Below, in pieces: positions 36,864 to 46,848 of a stretch of DNA of 48,128 bases (the stretch's first letter is position 1; every line of letters starts with the position of its first letter). Made by a program: the position numbers and the translations under genes. The DNA is taken from contig DASTUM010000128.1 in assembly GCA_035759665.1 (NCBI GenBank), positions 1-48,128 of the forward strand, read 5' to 3'. The notes under the pieces were generated by a model, which did no database searches, was not told the origin of the DNA, and saw only the letters and a list, made by a program, of their open reading frames with translations. Origin of the DNA: Micavibrio sp. GTDB taxonomy: Bacteria; Pseudomonadota; Alphaproteobacteria; Micavibrionales; Micavibrionaceae.

Positions 36864-37987
36864 ACAGCCACTCCTTTCAGACGTCGCCTCAACGCCACCC
36901 GGAATTTCTCCGAAACCGGGCTGAGCAGGTAATAGGCCGCGAACAGCGGCACAAATACCAGGACATACATCATCGCAAGCCCGAAATTTCCCTCTTTCGC
37001 GAGATTATAAGCCACAAGATATAGACCCTGCACCACGATCACGCAGCCGCTGGCCGCGACGATGCGCCAGGCCATGCCGCGACGGTTGGTCGAGCCCAGC
37101 AACAGGCAGCATAGCGCCACCAGCGTAAAGCTGATCGTCAGGAACGGGCTGACGATGCGGCGGTGCGCCTCCACCAGAAATTCGCGCGAGCGCTTCTGGT
37201 TGCCGCGCACATCCGGGCCGGGGTTGAGAAGCTCCACAAGCGTGCGCTCGTCCGGCTCGCGCCATCGCTGGCGCACAGGCCCGGCTTCCGGAAGATCAAG
37301 GGAGTAACGCTCGAAATCGAGACGGCTGAGCGCGCCTGTGCGCGTATTATATTCCTGCCGCGATCCGTCATAAACAACGACCTGCTGGCCTGTATCGTCC
37401 GTGACGATCACGCCGCGCTTGGCAAGGACGGTGACGGGCATGTCGACGCCGCCGCGCGTGTCGTGGATCAGCAGGCCTTCCATATCGCCCTCGCGGTTGC
37501 GCTCATGAATATAGACGGTAAGGTCGTTTCCCACCTGGTTGAATATTCCCTCGCGCAACAAAAGCGACGAATATTGCGCTTTGATATTGACGCGCATCAG
37601 TTGCATTTTCGATAGCGCAACGGGGGCGGCCCAGGCCGTGATGAGGAACACAACGGCCGTTATGGCGATCGCAAGGGCGAGGGCCGGCTGCCCCAGCCGC
37701 ATCGGCGATAGGCCGGAGGCGCGCATCACCACAATTTCGCTGTCAGTCGTCATGCGGTTGTAAATGAACACGACGCCGATCATGAGCGCGATGGGCAGGA
37801 TCACTTCGAAGAAGCGCGGCAAGGCCAGAAGAGTAAGGGCGAAAAACGACAGGCTCGACGCGCCGGAATTTATGATGAGTTCGAGAAAGCGGAGGGACTG
37901 GGTCAGCATAATAACAGCGGCCAGCGAAAGCGCCGTGAACAGCGCCGCCAAAAGCAGGTTTTTTATCAGATAACGGTCGAATACCAT
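36860..37987 (-). CDS. lptF: LPS export ABC transporter permease LptF
   Basis: 375-aa YjgP/YjgQ-family permease (MVFDRYLIKNLL..). It is divergent from pepA, as in many proteobacteria. Confidence 0.88.
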   Translation of the reverse strand: MVFDRYLIKNLLLAALFTALSLAAVIMLTQSLRFLELIINSGASSLSFFALTLLALPRFFEVILPIALMIGVVFIYNRMTTDSEIVVMRASGLSPMRLGQPALALAIAITAVVFLITAWAAPVALSKMQLMRVNIKAQYSSLLLREGIFNQVGNDLTVYIHERNREGDMEGLLIHDTRGGVDMPVTVLAKRGVIVTDDTGQQVVVYDGSRQEYNTRTGALSRLDFERYSLDLPEAGPVRQRWREPDERTLVELLNPGPDVRGNQKRSREFLVEAHRRIVSPFLTISFTLVALCCLLLGSTNRRGMAWRIVAASGCVIVVQGLYLVAYNLAKEGNFGLAMMYVLVFVPLFAAYYLLSPVSEKFRVALRRRLKGVAV

Positions 37988-38107
37988 GGATCAGTGCCGG
38001 TAAGTTGCCTCTGGCGCAGGGCCCAAAAAGATTTATGATATCTACATAGCCGCATTGCCGTGCTTCGTCCATCCACTCAAGCCCCCTCAAAACAGGTAAA
38101 ATCCGCC

Positions 38108-39643
38108 ATGAGCGCCTCTATTTCGATCTCCTTTGCCAAATCCCCCAAAGCCAAGGCCGACACCGCCGTCATTTTCACGGATGGCAAAGGCAGGCTGCTT
38201 CCCTCGGGTGCCGCGCTCGACAAGAAATCCGGCGGGCTGATCGCGGCGGCCATCGAAACGCGGGACGGGTTCAATGGCAAACACGGCGACGCCTTGTCCG
38301 TCATCCTTCCCAAGACGGCGGGCTACCGTCAGGTTCTGGTGATGGGGCTCGGCGACCTCGTCAATGCAGACAGGCTGGCCTTCGAAAACGCGGGCGGAAA
38401 AGCATACGGTGCCCTGAAAGCAATTTCGGCAAAAAGCGTCGCCGTGCTGTTTGACCACGACAAATCATCCAAGGTGAAAGACGCTGATGCGGCCGCCGCA
38501 TACGCCTCGGGCCTTCGTTTGAAAGACTACGCTTTCGACAAGTACAAATCACAGGCCAAAAAGCTTAAATCCGGGGACGGTAGAAAATCTGACGGGCTTA
38601 AAGGCGTTACGATCGTGACCCCGGCGGGCAAGGCCGCGGATAAAACATATGCCGATTACGATGCGATCGCGCAGGGCGTACTATTCGCCCGCGACCTCGT
38701 CAACGAAGCGCCGAACGTCCTCTATCCTGAAAGCTACGCCGCCATTATCGCAAAAGAATTGAAGCCGCTTGGCGTACAGGTAGAAATCATCGACGAAAAG
38801 AAAATGGCGAAACTCGGTTTCGGCGCCCATCTCGCCGTCGGCATGGGCTCGATCCGCCCGCCCCGCGTCGTCGTTATGCGCTGGAACGGTACGCCTTCTA
38901 AAAAATCCGCGCCGCTGGCGTTCGTCGGCAAGGGCGTGACATTCGATACGGGCGGCATCTCGATCAAGCCCGCCGCCGGCATGGAAGAGATGAAGATGGA
39001 CATGGGCGGCTCCGCCGCCGTGGTCGGCTTGATCCGCGCGCTCGCCGTACGCAAGGCGAAGGTGGAGGTTGTCGGCATCGTCGGCCTCGCCGAAAACATG
39101 CCTTCCGACAGATCGTACCGTCCGGCGGACATCGTGACGTCGCTCTCCGGCCAGACGATCGAAGTCCTCAACACCGACGCCGAAGGCCGCCTCGTCCTGT
39201 GCGATGCCCTCACCTACGTCCAGCGTACTTATAAGCCGAAGATGATCGTGGATCTCGCCACCCTGACCGGCGCGATCATGGTCGCATTGGGGTTCGAATA
39301 TGCAGGCGCGTTCGCCAACGACGACAAACTCTGGAATCAACTGGAAATCTCCAGCAAGGCGACGGGCGAGAAACTATGGCGGATGCCGCTCGACGAAGCC
39401 TATCGCAACGAGATGAAAGGCAACGTCACCGATCTGCAAAATCTCGGCAATCTCGGCCGCTATGGGGGCGCCTGCTCGGCGGCGGGCTTCCTCGAACAAT
39501 TTGTCGAGGAAGGCACCCCGTGGGCGCATATCGACATCGCCGGAACCGCGTGGGGCAAGACAGAGAAAGCCACCGTCACCAAGGGAGCGAGCGGCTTTGG
39601 CGTGCGCTTGCTTTACAATCTGGTGACTGCTAACTATGCCTGA
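38108..39643 (+). CDS. pepA: leucyl aminopeptidase
   Basis: ORF 38060..39643. M17 peptidase signatures are VGKGVTFDTGGISIKP and NTDAEGRLVLCDAL. I start at the ATG at 38108 (MSASISISF). Confidence 0.93.
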   Translation: MSASISISFAKSPKAKADTAVIFTDGKGRLLPSGAALDKKSGGLIAAAIETRDGFNGKHGDALSVILPKTAGYRQVLVMGLGDLVNADRLAFENAGGKAYGALKAISAKSVAVLFDHDKSSKVKDADAAAAYASGLRLKDYAFDKYKSQAKKLKSGDGRKSDGLKGVTIVTPAGKAADKTYADYDAIAQGVLFARDLVNEAPNVLYPESYAAIIAKELKPLGVQVEIIDEKKMAKLGFGAHLAVGMGSIRPPRVVVMRWNGTPSKKSAPLAFVGKGVTFDTGGISIKPAAGMEEMKMDMGGSAAVVGLIRALAVRKAKVEVVGIVGLAENMPSDRSYRPADIVTSLSGQTIEVLNTDAEGRLVLCDALTYVQRTYKPKMIVDLATLTGAIMVALGFEYAGAFANDDKLWNQLEISSKATGEKLWRMPLDEAYRNEMKGNVTDLQNLGNLGRYGGACSAAGFLEQFVEEGTPWAHIDIAGTAWGKTEKATVTKGASGFGVRLLYNLVTANYA

Positions 39644-40629
39644 TGGCATCACCTCTTAAAAAGCAGGACTATCCGCGCCTTACAGACCAGGTGCGGCGGA
39701 CGATCTTATCGCCTATGTCGTTGCTCGACCCCGTCGGCAAACAATATGTGCCGGACGCGCGGGAGTCGATCGTTTCGCCAGAAGAAGACAGCGATCCGAT
39801 CGGCGACGACGCCTATTCTCCCCTCAAGGGAATCGTACACCGCTATCCCGACCGCGTGCTTTTGAAAATTACGGATATATGTTCCGTCTATTGCCGTTTC
39901 TGCTTCCGAAAAGAGATGGTCGGACAAGGCGCAGGCATGCTCTCCGGTGAGGAAATCGAGGCCGCCCTCGCCTATGTACGTGCCGACGAAAACATCCGCG
40001 AAGTGATTTTGACGGGTGGCGATCCGCTCACTTTATCGAATCGCCGTATGGCCGAATTGTTCGCACGTTTCGAATCCATTCCCCATCTCGATATCATCCG
40101 CATCCATACGCGCAGCCCTATCGTACAGCCGCAGCGCGTGGACGACGAGCTCACCAATCTGTGCGCGTCTGTCAAAAAGGCGCTGTATGTCGTCCTGCAC
40201 GTCAACCATGCGCAGGAAATCGACGTTAGCGTCGAGGCTGCTCTGCAAAAGCTCGCACGCAGCGGTGCCGTGTTGTTATCGCAAAGCGTTTTGCTCAAGG
40301 ATGTGAACGACGATGCCGCCACACTTGAAGCGCTGTTCCGCAAATTGCTGGCGAACAGAGTGAAGCCGTACTATCTGCATCATCCCGATCTTGCCCCCGG
40401 TACGAGCCATTTCCGCGTTTCTATAAAAAAGGGACAGGATATTATGAAAGTCCTGCGCGGCAGACTTTCCGGGCTTGGGTACCCGACTTACGTCCTCGAT
40501 CTTCCGGGCGGATACGGCAAGATGCCGCTGACGCCGGATTACGTCGAAGAACTGGAGGGCGGAACATACAGGATCGAAGATTACCGGGGTGAAAAGCACC
40601 TGTACCCGCCAAAAGGAAAAGCCGCATGA
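39643..40629 (+). CDS. lysine-2,3-aminomutase-like radical SAM protein (KamA/EpmB family)
   Basis: 328-aa ORF with the CSVYCRFCFRK radical-SAM cluster motif. EVILTGGDPL, IRIHTR and YYLHHPDLAPGTSHF are typical of the KamA family. Its start overlaps the pepA stop and its stop overlaps the holC start. Confidence 0.85.
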   Translation: MASPLKKQDYPRLTDQVRRTILSPMSLLDPVGKQYVPDARESIVSPEEDSDPIGDDAYSPLKGIVHRYPDRVLLKITDICSVYCRFCFRKEMVGQGAGMLSGEEIEAALAYVRADENIREVILTGGDPLTLSNRRMAELFARFESIPHLDIIRIHTRSPIVQPQRVDDELTNLCASVKKALYVVLHVNHAQEIDVSVEAALQKLARSGAVLLSQSVLLKDVNDDAATLEALFRKLLANRVKPYYLHHPDLAPGTSHFRVSIKKGQDIMKVLRGRLSGLGYPTYVLDLPGGYGKMPLTPDYVEELEGGTYRIEDYRGEKHLYPPKGKAA

Positions 40630-41081
40630 GCACCGAAGTACGCTTCTATCATCTTCAGACGCAAAATCTTGAACAGGCTCTCCCCGCCATCTTGATGAAG
40701 GCGCTTTCCGGCGGGCGCAAGGCGGTCGTCCGGTTTGCGGCTGCGCGCGAGGTCGAGCATTTCAACAATCATTTCTGGACCTACAACCCGGACTCTTTTT
40801 TACCGCACGGCGCGGAAAAAGACGGGCATGCCGGATTCCAGCCCGTCTACCTCACCGACAAGGCGGAAAATCCGAACGCCGCGGACATGCTCGTCCTGTG
40901 CAACCAGAAAACCGTCCCCGAAAATATCGAAGAATTTGCGTTGTGCTGCGACTTCCTCGACGGAAATGACGACGAGGCCGTCGCGCTGGGGCGCGAGCGG
41001 TGGAAAGCGTATAAGGATGCAGGATACACCCTCACCTACTGGCAACAGACCGACACAGGCGGCTGGGAGCAGAAGGTATAA
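40626..41081 (+). CDS. holC: DNA polymerase III subunit chi
   Basis: 151-aa ORF. RFYHL...ALPAILMKAL and HFWTYNPDSFLPHG are HolC-like. It is in the classic position after pepA. Confidence 0.85.
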   Translation: MSTEVRFYHLQTQNLEQALPAILMKALSGGRKAVVRFAAAREVEHFNNHFWTYNPDSFLPHGAEKDGHAGFQPVYLTDKAENPNAADMLVLCNQKTVPENIEEFALCCDFLDGNDDEAVALGRERWKAYKDAGYTLTYWQQTDTGGWEQKV

Positions 41082-41084
41082 AAA

Positions 41085-41110
41085 AGCGCCCCGATCCGTG
41101 GGGCGCTTTT
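41085..41110. terminator. bidirectional rho-independent terminator between holC and the cytochrome c gene
   Basis: AGCGCCCC-gatccgt-GGGGCGCT stem with AAAAA before and TTTT after. Confidence 0.8.
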
Positions 41111-41127
41111 GGAATTTTTAAAAAAAA

Positions 41128-41805
41128 TCAGTGAGCGGCAGCGGGCTGAGCGGTGGGCGCGGCATCTTTGGCGTCCGTCTTTTCCGTCGCCGGTTCTTTG
41201 GCCTGAGCTTCTTTGCCGGCCTCTTCAGCGGGCGGCGGGGCCAGCTCGGCTTCCTCGGCGGAAACCTCATCCGCGGACGGCAGGGGTTTAGGCGAATCGG
41301 CCTGTGTACGCAGCCAGGCGATCAGCGCGGCGCGGTCTTCCGGCTTCTTCACGCCGGCATAGGACATTTTCGTATCCTTGGCGTAGGCCTTGGGTTTCCA
41401 GAGGAATTTGTTGAGTTCGGCGTAAGTCCAGCTCGTGCCGCCGGCTTCGAGCAGCGCGCCGGAATAGGCGTAGCCCGGCATATGGTCTTTTGGGCCGCCG
41501 ACAACGCCGTACAGGTTCGGGCCGACACCGGAAGGGCCGCCTTTGTTGAAGGTGTGACACGCGGCGCAGGCTTTGGCGATTTTTTCGCCCTTGGCTGCGT
41601 CCGCGCTCGCCAGCATCGCCAGGATCGGCTGCGGCATCGGTTTCGCGCCGCCGGGGCCAGCGGTCTCGACCACATCGATATTGTACGCATTTTCCGCGAG
41701 CTTATGGGGATGGACCAGTTGCTTGGCGATAAAACCGCCGAACATCGCGAGGATGCCCGCCACCAGAACAGCCGCTAAAATTTTGTTGGATTCCATACCG
41801 CCCAT
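41128..41805 (-). CDS. membrane-anchored class I cytochrome c (CycM-like)
   Basis: ORF 41128..41955. I start at MGGMESNKILAAVLVAGILAMFGG (41805), which follows an AAGGCAGGAA Shine-Dalgarno. It has an N-terminal TM anchor, the heme motif CAACHTF and a distal Met region. The C-terminal tail is rich in Ala, Glu and Pro. Confidence 0.85.
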   Translation of the reverse strand: MGGMESNKILAAVLVAGILAMFGGFIAKQLVHPHKLAENAYNIDVVETAGPGGAKPMPQPILAMLASADAAKGEKIAKACAACHTFNKGGPSGVGPNLYGVVGGPKDHMPGYAYSGALLEAGGTSWTYAELNKFLWKPKAYAKDTKMSYAGVKKPEDRAALIAWLRTQADSPKPLPSADEVSAEEAELAPPPAEEAGKEAQAKEPATEKTDAKDAAPTAQPAAAH

Positions 41806-41941
41806 ATCGGGTTCCTGCCTTCTAAGGAATTGATACCTTGCAAAAATTACGGATTTTAGCCTATACCAGAGACCTCGCCCCGTCGAGGGCGAACACGGAA
41901 TAGGGTTTACTCCGGGACGTACCCAAAAATCAAGGGCCGGC

Positions 41942-42796
41942 ATGGGCAAAGACACGGAAAAGATGCGGAAAATTTCATTTCAGGGGGCGCACGGCGCCTA
42001 TTCCGACATCGCCTGCCGCGAAGTCTTTCCGGGCATGGAAACCATGCCTTGCGACACGTTCGAGGAAGCTTTCGCCGCCGTGCAGACGGGCGAGGCCGGC
42101 CTTGCCATGATCCCCGTCGACAACACGCTCGCGGGCCGCGTCGCCGACGTCCATCATTTCCTTCCCAGAAGCGGGCTTTCGATCATCGGCGAGCATTTCC
42201 TGAAAGTCGAACATGCGCTGCTCGGCGTCAAAGGCTCCAGAATCGAAAATCTCAGGCATGTGCACTCGCACCTCCATGCCCTGCCGCAATGCCGGAAGAT
42301 CATCCGGGAACTGGGCCTCAAGCCGCATGTCCATGCCGACACTGCGGGCGCGGCGAGCGAAGTCGCGCAAAAGAACGATCCCGAACATGCGGCCATCGCC
42401 TCGACGCTTGCGGGCGAAATCTACGGGCTCGACGTGCTACGCGGCGATGTGCAGGACGCCGACCACAACACCACGCGCTTTCTTATCCTCTCCCGCGAGC
42501 CCGCCGTGCCTGAATTTGACCAAAAGACAGCCTACATCACCAGTTTCGTCTTCAGCGTGCGCAATATCCCGGCGGCGCTGTATAAGGCGATGGGTGGGTT
42601 CGCCACCAATGGCGTCAACATGATCAAGCTGGAATCCTATGTGAATCCGCAATTCCGGGTCGCGCAGTTCTATGTCGATGTGATTGGCCACCCCGAGCAG
42701 CGCCCGCTTCAGCTTGCCATGGAAGAGCTCGGCTTTTTCGCCAGCGAGGTGAAAATTCTGGGCACCTATCCGGCGAACGCCTTCCGCGGCAAATAG
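41942..42796 (+). CDS. pheA: prephenate dehydratase
   Basis: 284-aa ORF. ISFQGAHGAYSD, NTTRFLILSRE and the C-terminal ACT domain (FSVRNIPAALYKAMGGFA) are PDT signatures. An alternative start lies at 41963. Confidence 0.9.
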   Translation: MGKDTEKMRKISFQGAHGAYSDIACREVFPGMETMPCDTFEEAFAAVQTGEAGLAMIPVDNTLAGRVADVHHFLPRSGLSIIGEHFLKVEHALLGVKGSRIENLRHVHSHLHALPQCRKIIRELGLKPHVHADTAGAASEVAQKNDPEHAAIASTLAGEIYGLDVLRGDVQDADHNTTRFLILSREPAVPEFDQKTAYITSFVFSVRNIPAALYKAMGGFATNGVNMIKLESYVNPQFRVAQFYVDVIGHPEQRPLQLAMEELGFFASEVKILGTYPANAFRGK

Positions 42797-42863
42797 GCTT
42801 TTGATTCTCCGGCCTTTTCCATGTTAGGCTTCAGGCCGGAACGGATCAGGACAAGGAAAATTC

Positions 42864-43040
42864 ATGCTCACCCACGCACAACTCGCCGCCAAGCTGCTCC
42901 GCGACGCGGCTGCCTTTTTCCGCACGATCGGCGAACAAAATCCGCCGCTCAAAATCCAGATGGACGAAAACGCCAATGTATTCGAACAAGTCGCGGACTT
43001 GACGGAAAACGACCCGACCGGCGTCATCGCCGAAGAATAG
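42864..43040 (+). CDS. 58-aa hypothetical protein (below the ORF-track cutoff)
   Basis: ATG preceded by AAGGAAAATTC. The translation MLTHAQLAAKLLRDAAAFFRTIGEQNPPLKIQMDENANVFEQVADLTENDPTGVIAEE looks like a small helical acidic protein. It competes with antisense ORFs that have poorer composition. Confidence 0.45.
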   Translation: MLTHAQLAAKLLRDAAAFFRTIGEQNPPLKIQMDENANVFEQVADLTENDPTGVIAEE

Positions 43041-43072
43041 CTCCGCGCCTTTCAGCGGGAAACTTGCCGCCT

Positions 43073-43414
43073 TCAATCCTGCGTGAGGAAAAAGCTGGCG
43101 GCAAAGGCGCCGAGCGCGCCCAGAACGGCCAGAATCGACACGATCAGAATCGTGTAATCCTTTTTCGGCGTGGTTTCGAAAACCTTCAGCGTCATATCGA
43201 CAATGCGGTTCTTTTTCTGGTCGAAGAACTTCTTCTTCACTTCGATTTTCTGGAATTTCTGCGTCTGGAGAAGGCTTTCGGCCTCGCTCATAGCCTTGGT
43301 CATATCCTCGAGCGTGGCGTGCTTTTTCCAGCTGTTTTCGCCTTTTTGCTTGGGAGTGGGCATATCGAATGTGTAGATCGTGTATTCGATACCCGCCGAT
43401 TGCGCCTGCGCCAT
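43073..43414 (-). CDS. hypothetical protein with C-terminal TM anchor
   Basis: 113-aa ORF with Lys-rich, protein-like composition and the C-terminal helix ILIVSILAVLGALGAFAASFFL. No family recognised. Confidence 0.55.
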   Translation of the reverse strand: MAQAQSAGIEYTIYTFDMPTPKQKGENSWKKHATLEDMTKAMSEAESLLQTQKFQKIEVKKKFFDQKKNRIVDMTLKVFETTPKKDYTILIVSILAVLGALGAFAASFFLTQD

Positions 43415-43632
43415 GGAAACCTCTTGAATGTGGAAGATGCGATGAGGAATCGCCCCTTCCAGTACCCTACAGCGTAATCCGTTAACAAAAACTTAACGGC
43501 GCCTATATCGGAATTCGCTCATCTTGCCGCCTGATTCCTTGAGATCGCGGCCCGCAGCGATTAGAATAGGGCTACGATTCACGCCCCTCGTCCGGGGCCT
43601 TTCCAGCGATCTTTCAGTTCAAGGCGTATCCC

Positions 43633-46119
43633 ATGGCAAGCCGGTACAAAATCAAGCGCACCCCGAAATCCCCGATCCAGCGTCTGTTTCCGGACCCGGT
43701 GCAGGCCTTTATCGCACGCCGCATCGTCGACGGAGCGGGGCTATTCTTCCTGCTGTGCGGCGGATTCATCATGCTGGCCATCGCCTCTTACAACCGCGCC
43801 GATCCGTCCGTGAATACGGCGGGCGGGACTTCGCAGGCCGTCCAGAACTGGATGGGGCAAAGCGGCGCGTCGATGGCGGACCTTATGCTGCAGACGATCG
43901 GGCTAGGTGCCTGCGCGTTTGGGTTGACTTTTATCGTATGGGGCGGATCGTTGCTCGCCCGCCGCGGGATCGGCCCCGTCTGGCTGCGCTTCGCCGCAAT
44001 GGTGTTTGCGGCGGTCACGGCGGCGGGAGCCTTCGCGCGTGTTTCGTCGGGCGACTGGCTGGCGCAGGCGCAAATGGGCGGCAGCGGCGGCATGAAGATT
44101 TTGCAATCGAGCGCCGATATGGTGGGCGGCGCGGGCGCCCTTACGACGATGGCATGGATCTGGACGGCGCTGACCGCTCTTTTGCTGTGCATTGCGTTTG
44201 CCGTGCGCTGGGCCGACATCAAATGGGTCGTCGCGCTCGTCTGCAATATCGTGATGGCGGGGGCGTATTTCGCCTATGATTCAGCCGTCGCCTTCGTCGA
44301 CTGGGTCAAGCACTACGCCGACGCCGAATATATTCCCGAACGTCCGAAAAAGGAACGCAAGCCGATCATCCCGCCGATGGAAAGCGACGAAGATGACGAA
44401 GAAATCGTTCTTGAAAGCGATGACGAGGAGGAAGAAGAGGAGGAGGAATACGAAGAAGATGAGGATGAGGAAACTTCGGACGATGACGAGGAGGAAGAAG
44501 AGGAGGACGGCGACGAGGAGGATGACGAAGAATCCGTCGGCAGCATAAAAATCAACAAGGCCCGGCCCATCCAGAAAAGCAGCGGCAAGAACGCGCGCCA
44601 GAAAAAATTCCAGCTTTTCGACGGCGGCGAATGGGAACTCCCGACGCTTGATTTGCTGCAGGAAGTGGACGAGAAGATCGCCAGCCAGAAGATCGACCAG
44701 AAGGCGCTCAATATGAACGCCGCCCTTTTGCAAAAAGTGCTGGAGGATTACAACGTCAAGGGAATGATCACCAGCATCAATCCCGGCCCCGTCGTTACGC
44801 TTTATGAACTTGAGCCAGCGCCTGGTACGAAGAGCAGCCGCGTCATCGGCCTCGCCGACGATATCGCGCGTTCGATGTCCGCCGTATCCGTGCGCGCCGC
44901 CGTCGTGCCGGGGCGCAACGCCATCGGTATCGAACTTCCCAACAAAATCCGTCAGACGGTTTATCTTCGCGAAATGCTGGGCACGCGCGACTACGAAAAA
45001 ACCACCGCGGCCCTGCCGATGATCCTGGGCAAGGATATCGGCGGCAAGCCGATCATCGCCGACCTCGCCCGCATGCCGCACCTTCTGGTCGCGGGAACGA
45101 CAGGGTCGGGGAAATCCGTGGCCGTCAACACGATGATCCTATCCCTGCTCTACCGCCTGCCGCCGGAGAAATGCCGCTTCGTGATGATCGACCCGAAGAT
45201 GCTCGAACTCTCCGTCTACGACGATATCCCTCACCTGCTCTCGCCGGTCGTTACGGAACCCGGCAAGGCCGTCGTCGCCCTGAAATGGGTGGTAAACGAG
45301 ATGGAGGAACGCTACCGCGCCATGAGCAAGCTCGGCGTGCGCAACATCGACGGCTACAACACGCGCCTTGCCGAGGCGCGCAAAAAAGGCGAAGTCCTGA
45401 TGCGCAAAGTCCAGACCGGATTCGATCCGGAAACGGGCAAGCCCGTTTATGAGGAACAGCCGCTCGATTTGACCGACCTTCCCTATATCGTCGTGATCGT
45501 CGACGAATTCGCCGACCTGATGGTCGTCGCCGGAAAGGATGTCGAAAGCGCGATCCAGCGCCTGGCCCAGATGGCCCGCGCCGCCGGCATCCACCTGATT
45601 ATGGCGACGCAGCGTCCATCCGTGGATGTCATCACCGGAGTCATCAAGGCAAACTTCCCCACGCGTATTTCCTTTGCTGTGTCCTCGAAGATCGATTCCC
45701 GCACCATCCTCAACGAAGGCGGCGCGGAGCAGCTCCTTGGACAGGGGGATATGCTCTATATGGCGTCGGGCGGGCGCATCATGCGCGTCCACGGGCCGTT
45801 CGCCAGCGACACCGACGTCGAAAACGTGGTCAACTTCCTCAAGGCGCAAGCGGAGCCGAGCTATATCGAGGAAATCACGGAAGGCGATTTCGGCGACGGT
45901 GAGGGGGGCGAAGGCGAAGCCGAATCCTGCGACGAACTCTATGACGAGGCCGTGGCCCTGGTCGCGCGCGAGCAAAAGGCATCCACCAGCTTTATCCAGC
46001 GATACCTGCAGATCGGCTACAACCGCGCGGCGCGGATCATCGAGGAGATGGAGAAGCAAGGCGTCGTCGGCAAGGCAAACCATGTCGGCAAGCGCGAAGT
46101 GCTTGTAGGGAAACGCTAA
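43633..46119 (+). CDS. ftsK: DNA translocase FtsK
   Basis: 828-aa ORF with N-terminal TM helices and a poly-acidic linker. The motor domain has Walker [16 protein letters not shown] and [13 protein letters not shown]. The C-terminal gamma domain is a winged helix. Confidence 0.95.
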   Translation: MASRYKIKRTPKSPIQRLFPDPVQAFIARRIVDGAGLFFLLCGGFIMLAIASYNRADPSVNTAGGTSQAVQNWMGQSGASMADLMLQTIGLGACAFGLTFIVWGGSLLARRGIGPVWLRFAAMVFAAVTAAGAFARVSSGDWLAQAQMGGSGGMKILQSSADMVGGAGALTTMAWIWTALTALLLCIAFAVRWADIKWVVALVCNIVMAGAYFAYDSAVAFVDWVKHYADAEYIPERPKKERKPIIPPMESDEDDEEIVLESDDEEEEEEEEYEEDEDEETSDDDEEEEEEDGDEEDDEESVGSIKINKARPIQKSSGKNARQKKFQLFDGGEWELPTLDLLQEVDEKIASQKIDQKALNMNAALLQKVLEDYNVKGMITSINPGPVVTLYELEPAPGTKSSRVIGLADDIARSMSAVSVRAAVVPGRNAIGIELPNKIRQTVYLREMLGTRDYEKTTAALPMILGKDIGGKPIIADLARMPHLLVAGTTGSGKSVAVNTMILSLLYRLPPEKCRFVMIDPKMLELSVYDDIPHLLSPVVTEPGKAVVALKWVVNEMEERYRAMSKLGVRNIDGYNTRLAEARKKGEVLMRKVQTGFDPETGKPVYEEQPLDLTDLPYIVVIVDEFADLMVVAGKDVESAIQRLAQMARAAGIHLIMATQRPSVDVITGVIKANFPTRISFAVSSKIDSRTILNEGGAEQLLGQGDMLYMASGGRIMRVHGPFASDTDVENVVNFLKAQAEPSYIEEITEGDFGDGEGGEGEAESCDELYDEAVALVAREQKASTSFIQRYLQIGYNRAARIIEEMEKQGVVGKANHVGKREVLVGKR

Positions 46120-46239
46120 AATCCGGTTTTGTGCTTTTAAAATCCATTAGTTTGTTTGTCAGGTTTTTAGGGCGTGACAAGGGCGCGAATCCTTCTTTTC
46201 GCCTTCCTTTGGGCGTTTTTATCTTTTAAAAATGAGGTT

Positions 46240-46845
46240 ATGAAACACCTCATCTTTGCCCTGCTGGGCGTCCTTATGTTCGCCTCTCCCGCCCTCGCAC
46301 AGGTCAGCGACCCCGAGGTCAAAAAAGCGGAAGACTATCTACAAAGCCTGAAAACCCTCACGGCCGATTTCATCCAGACCTCGACATTGGGATCGCGCCT
46401 GTCCGGCAAGTTCTACTTGAACCGTCCGGGCAAAATGAGATTCGATTATAACGAGGTCGAGGACTTTATCGTCGCCGACGGCGTCTTCGTCTATTTCTAC
46501 GATTCGCAGCTCCAGCAGCAATCCAATGCGCCGATCGGCCAGACGCTCGCCGACTTTTTGCTGCGCAAGGATCTTTCGCTGCATGACGACCTGAAGGTGG
46601 TGCAGCTCTTCAAGAAAAACGGCTATGTGTCGATCAGCGTCGTGCAAAAGGACAATCCGGCGGCGGGCGAGGTCGAGCTTATCTTCTCCGAAGTGCCCTA
46701 CCAGCTGGAACGCTGGCGTGTGAAGGACCCGCAAGGCGAGACGACCGAGGTCGTACTCAAAAATCTCAAGACGGGCATGGAATTTAAGGATGTAAGCCTG
46801 TTCGGCTACAAAGATCCCAAGGGCCGCAAGGCGGTCAACGATTAA
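46240..46845 (+). CDS. lolA: outer-membrane lipoprotein carrier protein LolA
   Basis: ORF 46174..46845. I start at MKHLIFALLGVLMFASPALA/Q (46240), after a GAGG Shine-Dalgarno. It has LolA-like blocks (FIQTS.., GKFYLNRPGKMRFDY) and sits in the classic position after ftsK. Confidence 0.85.
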   Translation: MKHLIFALLGVLMFASPALAQVSDPEVKKAEDYLQSLKTLTADFIQTSTLGSRLSGKFYLNRPGKMRFDYNEVEDFIVADGVFVYFYDSQLQQQSNAPIGQTLADFLLRKDLSLHDDLKVVQLFKKNGYVSISVVQKDNPAAGEVELIFSEVPYQLERWRVKDPQGETTEVVLKNLKTGMEFKDVSLFGYKDPKGRKAVND

Positions 46846-46848
46846 GCC

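Noticed and set aside
41806-41955. The upstream extension of the cytochrome c ORF (start at 41955), which would overlap the pheA start region.
   Set aside because: The extension (MSLPMPALDFWVRPGVNPIPCSPSTGRG...) is not protein-like. A Shine-Dalgarno precedes the internal ATG at 41805, which begins directly with the TM anchor.
42821-43477. A 218-aa plus-strand ORF and two minus-strand ORFs (42824..43027, 42846..43076) around the pheA downstream region.
   Set aside because: The 218-aa ORF is Arg-rich and antisense to the well-formed 113-aa gene at 43073..43414. The minus-strand ORFs lack ribosome-binding sites and compete with a better 58-aa plus-strand ORF.
44380-44535. GAG/GAA-rich repeats considered as a possible CRISPR or satellite array.
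   Set aside because: There are no regular repeat-spacer units. The tract is in frame inside ftsK and encodes the poly-Asp/Glu linker.
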